From: the human T2T-CHM13v2.0 reference genome, Homo sapiens
Length of the DNA: 64,000 nucleotides
Assembly: GCF_009914755.1 (NCBI RefSeq)
Contig: NC_060932.1
Reading direction: 5' to 3' (one strand)
Each line of letters starts with the position of its first letter. Within the stretch, counting starts at the first letter, position 1. The notes beneath the pieces are model-generated. The model ran no database searches. It saw only the letters and a program-made list of their open reading frames with translations, and was not told the DNA's origin. The position numbers and the translations under genes were made by a program. Below are positions 1-14,699 of the stretch, piece by piece.

Positions 1-1075
1 GATAAGTAAATCTTTAACTCTATAAGAAATCTCCAAACTGTTTTCCAAAGTATCCATTCCGCATTTCCATTAGCAATGTATGAGAGTCACATATGTGGTG
101 TATCTTTGCAGGCACTTTATAGTCAGTGTCTTTTAATTGAAACCATTCTAACAGGAGTTTAGTTGTAACATATTGTGGCTGTAATTTGCATTTCTCTATT
201 GAATAATGATGTTCAGCATCTTTTCATGTGCTTATTTACCCATTTATCATTTTTGGGGAAGTGCTTATATAAATCTTTTGCTCATTTTTATTGGGTTATT
301 TGTTTTCTTATTGCTGAGTTGTAAAATTTCTGAATGTATGTTATGGATACCAGTCCTTTATCAGACATCTGTTTTGCAAATATTTTTCCAGAGTCTGCAA
401 CCTTTTTATTTTCTTAACATTATCCTTCAAAGAGCAGACATTTTTAATTTTGATGAAGCCCAATTTATCTATTTTTTCTGTTGTAGTTTGTGCTTTCTTG
501 TTTTATCTAAGAAATATTTGCCTCACTCAATGTTCCAAATAATTTTTGTTTTCTTCTAGAAATTTTATAAGTTCAGTCTTTACATATAGGTCTACAACCC
601 ATTTTGAGTTAATTTTTTAATGTAACGATGGATAAGGGTCAAGGATTACCATTGTGGATATGGATATTCAATTTTTCAAGAAGAAAAATCTTTCTCCTAT
701 GAATTGCCTTGGTATGCTTGTCAATTGACCATATTATGTGTGGGTGTATTTCTAGATTCTCTTCTTTTCTTTTGATCTATATATCTATTACCATGTAAAT
801 AACAAGTTGTCTTAATAACAGTGGCTTCAAAGTAAGTCAGGTAGTGTGATTTCTGTAACTTGGTTTTTTGTGTTTTAACTATTCCAGTTCCATGAGATTT
901 CCATGTAAATTTCAGAATCAGCATATTGATTTCTGTAAAATAAAAGCCTGCTGGAATTTTAGGATTTCATTGAATCTGTAGGTAAATTAAGGGAGAATTG
1001 ACATAATAACAATATCGAGTCTTCCAATTTTTTAAAAATGTAAATCATCTAGGAAAGGGTTTGAGCATTCTAATG

Positions 1076-1398
1076 CAGGGGTTCCCAGCTCCCGGAACAC
1101 AGACCAGTACTGGTCCTAACGGAACTGGGCTGCACAGCAGGTGAGCTGTGGGCAAGTGAGCGTTACTGTCTCCAGTTCAGATCAGCAATGGCATTAGATT
1201 ATCACAGGAGTACAAACCCTGTGGTGAACTGTGCATGCGAGGGATCTAGGTTGTGTGGTCTTTATGAGAATCTAACTAATACCTGATGATCTGAGGTACA
1301 GCAGTTTCATCCCAAAACCATCCCTCCCCACCCACCCTGTGGAAAAAATTGTCTTCCATAAAACCAGTCCCTGGTGCCAAAAAAGTTGGGGACTGCTG
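1076..1398. mobile_element. MER1B-like hAT-Charlie DNA transposon
   Basis: Termini caggggttccc...ggggactgctg, typical MER1 body, 8-bp TSD ttctaatg (1068-1075) / ttctaata (1399-1406). Confidence 0.85.
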
Positions 1399-2177
1399 TT
1401 CTAATACATGAGCACAGTATGCTTCTTTATTTCTTAGGCATTTTGTGTTTCTCTCATCAGTGCTGTATAGTTTTTAATAAATCTTGTACATACTTTGTTA
1501 GATTTATCCCTATCTCCCATTGTGGTGCTATTGTAAATAATACTTTAAAATTTTCAATTTCTAATTGTTTACTGCAAATATATAGAAAGGTCATTGATTT
1601 CTGTATATTGCCCTTGTGTTCTGCAACTTCACTAAAGTCAATTATTAGTTCCAGCAGCTTTATTGGAGATTTCTTGTCTTTGTGATTTCTTTACAGAGAC
1701 AATTAGGTCGTCTGTGAATAAAGACTATTTCATTTATCTTTTTCAATTATATATGCATTTTAAAAAATTTATTATATATCTTCTATACTATGTTGAAAGG
1801 AATGATGAGAATGACATTCTTACCTCATTTCTGATTTCAGGGGAAAGCATTCCATCTGTTACCATTATGTATGGAATGTGTTTATAGATTTTTCATACAT
1901 ACCCTTTATAAGGTTGAGAGTGTTCCCTTTAATTCCTACTTTGGTTAGGGTTTTTTCATGTTTTGTTTTGCTTTTTAAACCATGAATAAATGTTAAATTT
2001 TGTCAAATGTCTTTTGTGCCTCAACTGAGATGATCATATGGTTTTTTTCTCCATTAGTCTATTAATACGGTGAATTAAACTTACTGATTTTCATATTGAC
2101 CCAATCTTGCTTTCCTATGATAAACCGCATTGTATCAGGTTCTATTATTATTTGAATGTATTTCTTAATTTAATTTG

Positions 2178-2474
2178 CTTTTTTGTTTTTTGAGACGGGG
2201 TCTCACCCTGTTGCCCAGGCTTCAGTGCAGTGGCACAATCTTGACTCACTGCAACTTCTGCCTCCGAGGCTCAAGCAATTATCCCAGCCTCCCAAGTAGC
2301 TGGGATTACAGTGCATACCACCATGCCTGACTAATTTTTGTATTTTTTTCTTTTGTAGAGATAGGGGTTCATTGTGTTTCCCAGACAGGTCTTGAACTCC
2401 TGGGCTCAAGTGATCCACCCACCTCTGTCTCCCAAAGTGCTAGGATTACAGGTGTGAGCCACTGTGCCCAGCCT
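2178..2474 (-). mobile_element. AluJ
   Basis: Antisense Alu dimer with J-type gggctcaagtgatcc. Confidence 0.9.
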
Positions 2475-2532
2475 AATTTGCAAATTTTTAAAAAGAATTT
2501 TTGCATCAGTGTTTATGAGGGATATTGGTTTA

Positions 2533-2838
2533 TAGCATTGTCAAGTAGATACATAGTAAAAATCACAAACGTATTTTTAAATCGTATTGTAATAACATAA
2601 AAACAAAAATAGCCAAATTAATTTTAATAATGTAATTTATTTAATATAAATATTACCAATAGTTATAATATCATATCAATGTAAAATATTTATGAAACAT
2701 TTTGTCTTTCTTTCATACTAAGGCTTTGAAACGTGGTGTTTATTTTATAATTACAGCACATCTGAAGTGGGGCTAGCAACATTTCAAGTGCAGAATGGGT
2801 ACATATTGCTGTTGGCTGCAATATTGCACAATGCAGGT
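2533..2838. mobile_element. MER33/MER3-like hAT fossil
   Basis: cagcacatctgaagtggggctagcaacatttcaagtg resembles a MER33 end. Confidence 0.6.
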
Positions 2839-4227
2839 GTGAGGTCTTCTTTTCTTGACAATTTTTGTCTCATCTTGGTACCAGGGTAATGTTGGCCTCA
2901 TAAATGAGTTGGAAAGCACTTCCTCCTTTTATATTTTTCTGGAAGAATGTTTGCAGAATTGGTCTTATTTCACCTTTAAATGAAGTTTGCCTGTTAATAT
3001 CTGGGCCTGAAGTTTTCTTTGTTGAAAGATGTTTATGAATTCAATTTATTTAATAAATATAGAACTTTTCCAGCCATCCAATTATTTTCTATTGAGCTTT
3101 GGTAGGAATTCAAGGAGTTTTTCCATTTTATCTATGTGTCAAATTTATTGACAAATAGCTGTTCATAATGTTCCCATAATATCCTTTTAATGTCTGTAGA
3201 ATTTACAGTAATGTCCTTTCTTTTATTTATGATATTGATACTTTCTCTTTTTCTTTTCTGATATTGGTAATTTCTTCTCTTCTTTTTTGTAATTAACTCT
3301 ATTTTTAGAGCAGTTTTAAGTTCACAGCAAAATTTCGAGGAAGGTACGGAGATATCCCATATACACCCTGCCCCCACACATGCATAACTTACCCCTATTA
3401 TCAATATTTCCCATTAGAGTGGTACATTTGCTACAATTAATGAATCTGCACTGACACATCATTATCACTCAAAGACCATAATTTGCATTGGGGTTCACTA
3501 TTAGTGTTATATATTGGGTTATTTGGACAAAAATATAATGACATATATCCTCTATTATAGTATCATACAGAGTTGTTTTGCTGCTCAAAAAATCCTCTGT
3601 GCTCTGTCCATTCATCCCTTGCTCTGAACACCTGGCAATCACTGATCTTTTCATGCTCTTCATAGTCCTGACTTTTCCCAAATGCCATATAGGTAAATCA
3701 GACAGTATGTCACCTTTACAGACTGGCTTCTTTCACTTACTAATAAACATTTAAGTGTCCTTCAGCCTTTTCATGACTTGATAGCTCATTTCTTTTTAGT
3801 GCTAAGTGTTCCATTGTCCGGATGTACCACAGCTTACTTACCACTCACCTATTAAAGGATATCTTGGTTACTTCCAAGTTTTGCAATTCTGAATAAAGCT
3901 ACTATAAGCATCTGCACAAAGGTTTTTGCAAAGACATAAATTTCCCACTCATTGGGGTTAAAATACCAGGAAGCATGAGTGGTAGTAAGAGTAAACTTAG
4001 TTTGGTAAGAACCATTTTTCAAAGTGTCTATACCATTTTGTATTCCCAACATCAATGATGAGAGTTCCTGTTCTCCACATCCTTACTAGCATTTGGTGTT
4101 GTCAGTGTTCTGAATTTTGGCCATTCTAATAGGTATGCAGTGGTATTTTACGTTGTTTTAATTTGCATTTCCCTGATGACATACTGTGTGGAGCATATTT
4201 TCAAATGCTTAATTGCGATATGTGAAT

Positions 4228-4539
4228 CTTTCTTTTTTCTTTCTTTTTTTTTTTTTTTGAGACAGAGTCTCACTCTGTCACCCAGGCTGGAGTGCAATGG
4301 CGTGATCTTGGCTCACTGCAAGCTCTGCCTTCCAGCTTCAAGTGATTCTCCTGCCTCAACCTCCTGAGTAGCTGGGATTACAGGTGTGTGCCACTACACC
4401 TGTCTAATTTTTATATTTTTTAGTAGAGACAGGGTTCGCCATGTTGGCCAAGCTGGTCTTGAACTCCAAACTTCAAGTGATCCACCTGCCTTGGCCTCCC
4501 AAAGTGCTGGGATTACAGGTGTGAGCCACCATGCCCAGC
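4228..4539 (-). mobile_element. AluS
   Basis: Full antisense Alu dimer with poly-T. Confidence 0.9.
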
Positions 4540-4599
4540 TCTTATATGTATCTTCTTTGAGATGTCTGTTAAGTTCCTTGGCCCATTTTTTAGTTGGGT

Positions 4600-4922
4600 T
4601 GTTTTGTCTTGTCTTTACTTTTTTTTTTTTTTTTGAGACAGAGTCTCTGTTGACCAGGATGGAGTACAGTGGTGCAATGAAGGCTCGTTGCAGCTGTGAC
4701 CTCCCAGGCTGAAGTGATCCTCTCACCTCTGTCTTCTGAGTAGCTGGGACCACAGGCGTGTGCCACCACACCCAGTAATTTTGTTGTTGTTGTATATTTT
4801 TGTAGAGATAGGATTTTACTGTGTTGCCCAGGCTGGTCTCAAACTCCTGGGCTCAAGCAATCTGCCTGACTCAGCCTCCCAAAGTGCTGGCATTACAGTC
4901 ATGAGCCACTGCACCTGGCCAG
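4600..4922 (-). mobile_element. AluJ
   Basis: Antisense Alu dimer with J-type diagnostics. Confidence 0.9.
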
Positions 4923-7854
4923 CTCGTATTTTCAGTCTCTTGTCAGTGTCTTTTGCAGAGCAGGAATTTTTATTTTAATGAAGTCCAGTTTATCAATTTT
5001 TTCTTTCATAGATCATGGTTTTTGTGTCATATCTAAAGAGTCATTATAAAACCCAACACCATCTAGATTTTCTTCTAGGTTATCTTCTGGGAGTTTTATA
5101 GTTTTGCATTTTACATGTAGGTCTGTGACTCATTTTGAGCTAATTTTTGTGAAGGGTTTAAGGTCAGCATCTAGAATCATTTTTTTTAAACATGTGGATG
5201 TACAGTTACTCTAGCACCGTTCACTGAAAAGACATTGTTTCTACGTTGTATTGCTGTTGTTCTTTGGTTAAATATCAGTTGACTATATTTATGTTAATTT
5301 ATTCTTCAGATATCTATTCTTTTTCATTGATCTATTTGTCTATTCTTTCACCAATACCACACTGTCCTAATTACTATAGCTTTATAATAAGTCTTGATAT
5401 CAGGTAGTGTCACTCTTCCAACTTTGCTCTTCTCTGTAAATATTGTGTTGGTTGTTCTGGGGCTTTTATTTTTCTACATAAACTTTAGAATCAGTTCATC
5501 CTGATTCTACTGATATCCACAAAATAACCTACTGATGTTTTGATTGAAATTGCACTGAATCTACATATACATTTAAGAACAACTAAAATCTTGACAATAT
5601 TAAATTTCCATATCTTTGGCTTTTTTATGATCTTAGTGGGCAAGCTTCTAGTTTCTCATCATTAAATATTATGTGAGCTGCAGGTTTATAATTGATATTC
5701 TTCAATAAGTTGAAAGTTTTCCTCTATTTTGAGTTTGCTGAGAGTTTTTATCATGAATGGATTCCTAATTTTGTCAAATGCTTTTTCTGTGTCTGTGGAT
5801 ATGATTATGTAATTTTTCTTGTTTAACCTGTTAAATAATAGATTCTATAATTGGTTTTCAAATTTTTAACCAGCCTTTCATACCTGAGGTCCTAAGTCCC
5901 ACCTAGTTATGGTATATAGTTATTTTTATACATTGTTGGTTTTGATTTACTAATATTTTATTGAGGATTTTTGCATCTAGGTTCTAGAGAGATATTGATT
6001 GTACTCTTCTTTTTCTTATAATATCTTTGGTTTTGGTATAGGATATTGCTGGCCTTCTAGTATAAGTTAGGAAGTCTTTCCTCTGCTTCTGTTTCTGAAA
6101 GACATTGCAGAGAGTTGGCATTATTCCTTCTTTAAATGTTTTATAGAATTCCCCAGCAAACTCTTCTAGGCCTGGTGTCTTCTGTTTTCAAAGGTTATTA
6201 GATATTAATTCATTTTCTTTAATGGATATAGGACTATTCAGATTATCTACTTCTTCTTGTATGAGTTTTGACAGATTACGTATTTAAGGAATTTGTTCAT
6301 GTCACCCACATTATTAAATGTGTAGGCACAGAGTTGTTCATAATATTCCTTATTATTCTTTTAATGTCCCTGGAATCTGTACTAATGTAACCCCTTTCAT
6401 TGTGATATTAGTAATTGTCACCTCTTTTTTACTTAGCCTAATTAGAAGCGTATTGATTTTATTGATCTTTTCAAAGAACCATCTTTTGGTTTTGTTGATT
6501 TTTCTCTATTGATCTACTGTTTTCAGTTTCACTGATTTCCACTGTAATTTTTATTATTTATTTTCTTCTGTTTATTTTAGAATTAACTTGCGGGGTTTTT
6601 TTTTAATGTTTTCCTAAGGCAGAAGCTTAGAAAATTGATTTGAGATCTTTTTTCTTTTCTAATACATGCATTCAATACTAGACATTTCCCTCTAGGCACT
6701 GCTTTTACTGCATCCCACAAATTTTGATAAATTGTGCTTTTAATTAATTAAAAATAGTTTATAATTTCTTTTGAGATTTCTTCTTTGATCCATGTTTTAT
6801 TTATAGGTGTGTTCCTTAATCTTAAAATATTTGGGGATTTTACAGCTATATGTTTGTTATTGATTTCTTATTTAATTTCATTGTTGCATGAGCAGATATT
6901 GTATAATTTCCATTCTTTTAAATTTGTTGTGTTTTATGATCCAACTGTGGTATGTCCTGACAAATGTTTCATGTGAGCCTGAGAATAATGTATATTCTGC
7001 TGTTGCTGGAAGAAGTAGACTACTACAGATGTCCACTGTATCCAGTTGATTGATGGTGGTGTTGAGTTCAACTCTGTTCTTACTGATTTTCTGCCTGCTG
7101 GGTCTGTCCATTTGTGATGAGAGACTTGAAGTCTCTGGCTGTAATAACGCATTCATCTATTTCTCCTTCCACTCCTATGAGTTTTTGCTTCATGTGTTTT
7201 GATTCCGTGTTGTTAGACAGGCACACACATTAACGATCGTTATGTCTTCTTGGAGAATTGACCCTTTATCATTATGTAATGACCCTCTTTATCCCTACAA
7301 CTTTACTCGCTTTGAAGTCAGCTATATCTAAAATTAATATAACTACTTCTACTTTCTTTCAATTAATGTTAGCATGATATATCTTTCTCCATATATTTAC
7401 CTTTAATCTGTAGGTCTTTATGTGTAAAGTGGGTTTTTTGTAGACAACATATAGTTGTATTTTGATCTGCTCTGATAATTTCTATCTTTGAATTCCTGCA
7501 TTTAGACCATTGACACTCAAAGTTCTTGATATAGGTGGATTAATATCTACCACATTTATTACTGTTTTGTATTTTGTTGACCTTTTTTGCTTATCTTTTT
7601 CCCACTCATCCACTCTTTTTCTGCCTTCTGTGATTTTACATTGTGTATTTTATATGATTTTATATGATTTCATTTTCACTCTTTTACACTTCTTTTTTTC
7701 ACTTTTTTTTAGTGATTGCCCTAGAGTTTCCAATGTACATTACAACTAATCCAAGTTAACTTTTAAGTAATACTTTGCCATTTCACAAGTAGTATGAATA
7801 CTTTATAATCCTAATTCCCCCCTTCTGACCCTTGTGTCATTGCTAGCATTCATT

Positions 7855-7912
7855 GCAATATATATATTAAATTGAATTATATATATATATTATATATACA
7901 CACACATACATA
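7855..7912. repeat. (TA)n/(CA)n low-complexity microsatellite
   Basis: atatatatat...tatatatacacacacataca. Confidence 0.8.
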
Positions 7913-9475
7913 TGAACATACGTAAGCATATGTAATTGAATACATTATCATCATTATGATTTTGAACAAATTATTATGTTAGATCTATAAAGAATAAGAA
8001 AAAAGTTTGTATTTTACCTTCACTTTTTTTTCTTCAATGCTTTTTCTTTCCTTATGTAGATCTGAATTTCTGACCTATATCATTGTCCTTCTGTCTCAAA
8101 AAAGTTCTTTTCACATATCCTGCAAGATACGTCTACTGGCAATAAAGTCCCTCAATTTTTGTTGTTGTTTGTTTGTTTGTTTAAGTCTTTATCTCTCTTT
8201 CACTTTTGAAGGATCATTTTATAGGGTACAGAACTGTACATTGGTGGATTTTTTTTTCTTTCAACACTTTATTTCCTTCCACTCTCTTCTTGTTTGCATG
8301 GATTTTGAGAAGCTAAATGTAATTATTATCTTTGCTCTAGTACAGGTAAGGTATTTCTTTTCTCTGGCTTCTTTCATAATTTTTTCTTTATCTTTGATTT
8401 TCTGTAGTTTGAATATGATATGCCTAGGTGTAGAGATTTCTTTTGTGTAATTTTAGGGGGGAATTTACCCTATTTTTGTTTTCTGAGTTTCCTCAATATG
8501 CGGTTTGGTATCCAAATTAATTTGGGGAAAATCTCTGTCATGATTGTCTAAACATATCTTCTGATCCATTCTCTCTTTTTTCTTCGGATACTCCCATACA
8601 TAGATTTACACCTTTTGTAGTTGCCCCACCGTTCTTGGATATTCTGTCTTATTATTTCCAGTCTTTTGTTTTCTTTGCTTTTTAGTTTTGGAGGTTTCTA
8701 TGGAAATGTCCTAAAACTCAGAGATTTTATTCTCAGCCATGTCCAGTCTACAAATAAGTCTATCAAATGCATTCTTCATTTCTGTGACAATGTTTCTGAT
8801 CTCTAGCATTTCTTTTTGGTTCTTTCTTAGAATTTCATCTCTCTACTTGCATTGTCCATCATTTCCTATAGACTCTTTTCGATTAAAGTCACTAGTATAT
8901 TTGCCATCGTTGTTTTAAATTCTGTCCGATCATTCCAGCATCTCTGTGATATCACAGTCTGCTTTTGATGCTTGTTTTGCCTCTTCAAACTGTGTTATTT
9001 GCCTTTTAGTATGCTATTTAACCTTTTCTTGAGAGCCCCAAATAAAAGGAACTTCTGTAGCTAGGCCTTTAGTAATGTGGTGGTGTGGTGTGTAGGAGAG
9101 GAAGCATCCAATAGTCCTATGATTGGGTCTCAGTCTTCTAATGAGCCTCAGTCAGACCGTGAACTCCACACATGCTTCTGCCTCCCCCTCCCGCCTCATT
9201 GTCTTAGCTGGAAGAGTCTGGACTTGGCCTTTTCCTTCCTCCAGCTCAGTAAGGCTTTGATAAAATCCCAGTGGGTGAGGTTCTGGTAAAATAGTTTCTC
9301 CTGAGGGCAGATTTTGCTAAGAAGACTATAATTCTTTGGGCTATTTCAAAATGGTTTATTTTCCCCTCTCCATGAAGGAAGCATAAGGGAATTTTTCTAT
9401 GCCACTTATTATGACAACAGGCTGAACTCCTGAAGGTAAAACTCACAAGAGTGTGGAAACCCCCATATGACTGAA

Positions 9476-9882
9476 TGATATGGTTTGAATGTTTGTCTCC
9501 TGAAAATCTCGTGTTAAAATGTGATCTCCAATGTTGGAGGTGGGGCCTGGTGGGAGGTGTCTGGGTCACGGGGGCAGATTCCTCATGAATGGCATGGTGC
9601 CCTCCCCATAGTAATGAGTCCATGTGAAAGCTGATTATTTAAAAAAGCCTGGGACTTTCCCCTTCTCTCTTTTGCTCCCTCTCTTACCTGCCACGTGACA
9701 TGCTGGCTCCCCTTTTGCCTTCCGCCATCATTGTAAGCTTCGTTAAGACTCTCATTAGAAGCAGAGGCTGGCATCACACTTCTTGTACAGCCTGCAGAAC
9801 CGCCAGCCAATTAAACCTTTTGCCTTTATAAATTACCCAGTCTCAGGTATTCCTTTATAGCAATGCAAAACTGCCTAAGACA
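9476..9882 (+). mobile_element. MST-family (ERVL-MaLR) solo LTR
   Basis: tgatatggtttg...ctaagaca; 5-bp TSD ctgaa/ctgag. Confidence 0.85.
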
Positions 9883-10205
9883 CTGAGCCTCCCTGGAGTT
9901 TTTAATTCTCGGAGTTGTTCCCAGAGAGCCTCTAGCAGTTCATCAATTACGGTTCAGGTTTTCCTACCCTGGTACCGGTTCCCACGGAGGGTTCTGCTTG
10001 TGAGCTTCTGACCCAGCAAGTCATAATTCTCTGTATTCACCTATCTGTCTCTCTAATTTTGGGGACAGCAGTTTACCTTGTGATATCACTTCTCTTGTAG
10101 ATCTAAAAAAGTTGCTTTTTCAGTGTGTTCAGCTTTTTACTTATTGTTAGGATAGAGTGACAACTTCCAAGCTTCTCTGATGCTGTACCAGCAACCAGAA
10201 AACTT

Positions 10206-10620
10206 CTCCAGTTTTTGTTTTTGATCGTATACCCAAATGTTTATCGATCGTACTCCTCTTTTCAAGACCCAAATTTGGTTTCATTGGTTCCCTCGTATTG
10301 TTTTTCTGTTCTCAATTTTATTGGTTTCTGCCATTATCCTTATCATTTCCTTTCTTCTGCTTGCTTTGTTCTTAATTTGAACCTTTCTCCTTTCCCACCT
10401 TCCAGTTTCTTATGGTAGGTGCTTTAATTGTTGATTTCAAAGCTTCCTTCCTTTCTGACAGAATTGTGGAAAGCTTTAAGTTTCCCTCAAAGCATGGCTT
10501 TAGTTGTATTCCACAGGTTTTTTTTTCCCATATATTTTTAAGTTCTTTTGTTAGGTTGGAACCACATAGAATTGGTATGTCTTCTCTGTGAATTGGCCTT
10601 TTTATCAATAAGCTGCTCAT
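10206..10620 (-). mobile_element. Old L1 fragment, probably the continuation of the host L1
   Basis: Antisense ORF2-like text (tttccctcaaagcatggctttagttgtattccaca). Confidence 0.6.
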
Positions 10621-10916
10621 GAAATAAAATAAATTATATACTGACAATAAAACTGATTTACTTCAGGGACTATTTTTCATACATGACAGTGAATGAGTTT
10701 ATTATTTATGAAAGCAATTTTTTTAAGTTGCTGAAATTTTAGTTTACTTATATTTACTTATATTTAGTTGTATATATTTAAGATATATAAATCTTGATTT
10801 TAACAGGTATAAATGTCAAAATTGAAACTTAGGAAACAGATATGGGAAATATACCAGTTATATTTTCAGTATACACCTTTGTGTCCCATAGCCCCTTGAG
10901 CATATCTCAATTATGA

Positions 10917-11237
<321 letters not shown>

Positions 11238-11495
11238 TCTCTGTCTTCTTATACACATACTTGGGACAAAAACTGTGTCTTAATCTCTGATGCTCAGCCC
11301 AATAACTGATTCATAGAAGGTATTTAATAAAGTATAACTACATAAATGCATAATTAATTACTCAGGCTTTCCTCATTTTGCAGAAGACTTTATTTTAAAT
11401 ACTGAGCTCTCCTAAGACCTTTCTTTGAGTTTCATGTTATGATGTACCAGTCACCCCAGTCTGCTATTGTTTTAGCATTAAAAGTCTTGCCTCTC

Positions 11496-11772
11496 GGGTA
11501 CAGTGGCTCATGCCTGTAATCCCAGACTTTGGGAGGCTGACGAGGGTGGATCACTTGAGGCCAGGAGTTTGAGACCAGCCTGGCCAATTCTGTCTCTATT
11601 AAAAATACAAAAATTAGTCAGGCGTTGTGGCGGGCACCTGTAGTCCCAGCTACTTAGGAGGCTGAAGCATGAGAATCGCTTGAACCCAGGAGGCAGAGGT
11701 TGCAGTGAGCTGAGTTGTGCCACTGCACTCCAGCCTGGGTGATAGAGTGAGACACACTGTCTCAAAAGAAAA
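11496..11772 (+). mobile_element. Alu with a small internal deletion
   Basis: Sense Alu dimer; TSD aaaagtcttgcctctc / aaaattcttgcctctc. Confidence 0.9.
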
Positions 11773-12804
11773 AATTCTTGCCTCTCTGGAATGTAGCCCC
11801 TCAGTCCTGGGAAAACTGGGATGGTTAGTCACCTTATAGCTTCTCAAAGTGAATCTGAATGCTTAAAATGAGAACAAAATATTGTGACTTGAAATTATAC
11901 TTTTAAAGTTGTAAGGCTGATGTCAGTTGGAATTAGTCAAATGAGTATAATTAAATCACGAAGTTCATTAACATGTTTTTTAAGCTGGGCACAGAGGTAT
12001 TTTATAATGATTATACATTTCATTTTATTTTCCTGTGGAAATGTGTCCTTGCTTTGTAAAAAATAGCTTTTCAAGACTTGTTTTGGTTGACTCTTGATTC
12101 ACAGGAGGTCGAGAAGGCAAAATTGAATTTTAAAATGCTGTTTCTCCTTGGCATTACACCCAACCAGATAAAAAGTAGAACACTGACTTAAGAAGCCAGC
12201 TGGGTGTCTGAATAATGCCACACAGCACATACTTGACAGAGTTACCTCCATTTTGTGTTAATCATTTCTAAGGAAAAAAAAAATAGGCTTAATTTCATTG
12301 GAGCAAACTGATAGAATAAAGTAACAGGTTTTTTTTTTTTTTTTGACAGTGGTTATTCATAACCTCACTTTCCCTTCTATAAACCCCAATTTCAATACCT
12401 TCCTCTGTTTGTCAGCAAAGCGTTTTTCAATATTGCAACAGGATATTATGCAAATATAAATCACACTGGATTGGACTATTTCCTTAGCAGCAAAAGCAAT
12501 GTTCTTGCTGGGATGATAAGTGTAAATGTCTCTAATTATCCTTTACTACACAGCAGTCTGAGGAAAAAATCAGGCTACAAATAGAAAAATGAGCTAGACT
12601 GTATATGTTGAAAAATAGATTGTTAATTTAATTCATAAAGAACAAAACAGTTAATTACTTTATAGGACAAACTTTCTTGGTCTTTTCTGATTTCAGATGT
12701 ATATGTATGTGATATAATTATCTGTATCTTTCACATAGCTTACAGATTCCAACAAAATCATGATTCTTGCATAATTAAGAAACAATGCTGAGATAGAAAA
12801 GTCA

Positions 12805-13254
<450 letters not shown>

Positions 13255-13489
13255 TTAAAGAGATAATTGAAATGTACCTATTAGGTCCTTATATCTTCAT
13301 GGATCTGTCAGTTTAAGGAAATGTTTTGGCAGTCAAGGCAAAATAAGGGATGCAGAAAACTATATGATGTGCTCATGTGTATTGTCCACTTCCACTGCAG
13401 TACGTATTTTGTTCTTTTTTCTAAGTACGAATAAGGAGATTTTGCTGACTTTTCAGAAGTAGCCAAAAACGTTTCCTTGTTCCTAAAAT

Positions 13490-13720
13490 CATTAACAACA
13501 ATAGCTAACATAGATCAAGTGCTTACTATATGCCAAGCTAACCATGTGTAGGAGGGACTTACTATTATTATACCAATTTTAGAAATTTAAACAACAAACA
13601 AAGAAACCCTCAGACTTCACTTAACTTGATTGTTCAGGGATTCACAGCTGGTAAATGGAAAAACCAGCTTTGAAGCTCCTGGTGCCTGAACAAAGCCCAT
13701 GTGCTCTACCAAGTCCTCTC
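13490..13720 (-). mobile_element. MIR
   Basis: aacaatagctaacat...gtgcttactatatgccaagc...cacagctggtaaatgg. Confidence 0.55.
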
Positions 13721-14699
13721 TACTAGGAAGGACTTCATATGCATCTATAGGAAGCTCTGTGTCCACATTTTATGCTGACACAGATCCTGAGACTGGTATA
13801 AGATTGGGATATTCTTTTCGTTTGTGAGCAGATTTATAATGTGTGTATTTTTCAAAAAAAGTCTTAACATTATCCCCAACTATCTCATATTAAATTATGG
13901 TGTCTCACACATGAGATAAATTTGTAACAGATTTCTCACTTATGCATAATTAACCAGCCTTTCACAAAATATTTATAGGTAGTTTAGTATAGAAAGAAAG
14001 ACTTTAGGATCATTACCATCAGTAACTTAGATGGCTGTAGACAACCATTTGTCATTGACACCTAATACATCCTATCCTATAGATCATGAAATGTCCTACT
14101 TATTTTCTATCTAATCTCACTTGGTAACTGCACTGGTTCTTCCCACAACTTACTCTCTTACATGCACTGTTGCTTCTTATAGATTTATTTATAGGCACAT
14201 AACATCCTTTCAGTCATTTCAGTTAAGTAGTCTCTATAAAAAATAAGTTGTGCTGAATTGCTTCAATAAACCTTAGCTACCTTGTGGTAGAGAGACCTTT
14301 TGGCTTCATAAGTTGGTCAAATTAATGACTTTAAAAAATCATATGAGTATGTGCTACATTCTAAGATTCTCTATAGTCTAAATTCTTTCTAGGATGATCG
14401 GAAGAAATCCAAGGTAGAATTGTACATCTGCAGGTAAGATTTGAGGTTTAGTCTGTAAATTATTTAATTTGTACCTCAGTGTTTTTGTTTTTTAACTCTT
14501 ACTCTAAACAGTGTCTGTTTATTTGTTTTGGTTTTTTTCCCTTTTTAAAAAAATTTCTGGTTAAACCTGGAGTAAAATAAACATCCAAACAAACATCAGA
14601 GGTAGTGTGGGAGAGAAAAAAGTATAATAAATGCATTTAGTCTAATAGAAAGAAGAAAGTCAGACACAAAATAAGAAACGACTGAGCAAGGTTACACTG

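Larger units (their letters stand above)
1..3280 (-). mobile_element. Old L1 (L1M-type) ORF2/3' region, interrupted by MER1B, AluJ and MER33
   Basis: T-rich antisense L1 text (ccaaactgttttccaaag, tttaattttgatgaagcccaatt, ggggaaagcattc, ttgtcaaatg); no intact ORF. Confidence 0.8.
3285..10205 (-). mobile_element. Long L1MC/L1MD-type element nested in the older L1
   Basis: Antisense 3' end tttttagagcagttttaagttcacagcaaaatt at ~3300; ORF2-, ORF1- and 5'-like antisense sequence continues to ~10200; carries two Alus and an MST LTR. Confidence 0.75.

Noticed and set aside
206-8806. Hydrophobic Phe/Leu-rich plus-strand ORFs as membrane proteins
   Set aside because: Artefacts of T-rich antisense L1 sequence
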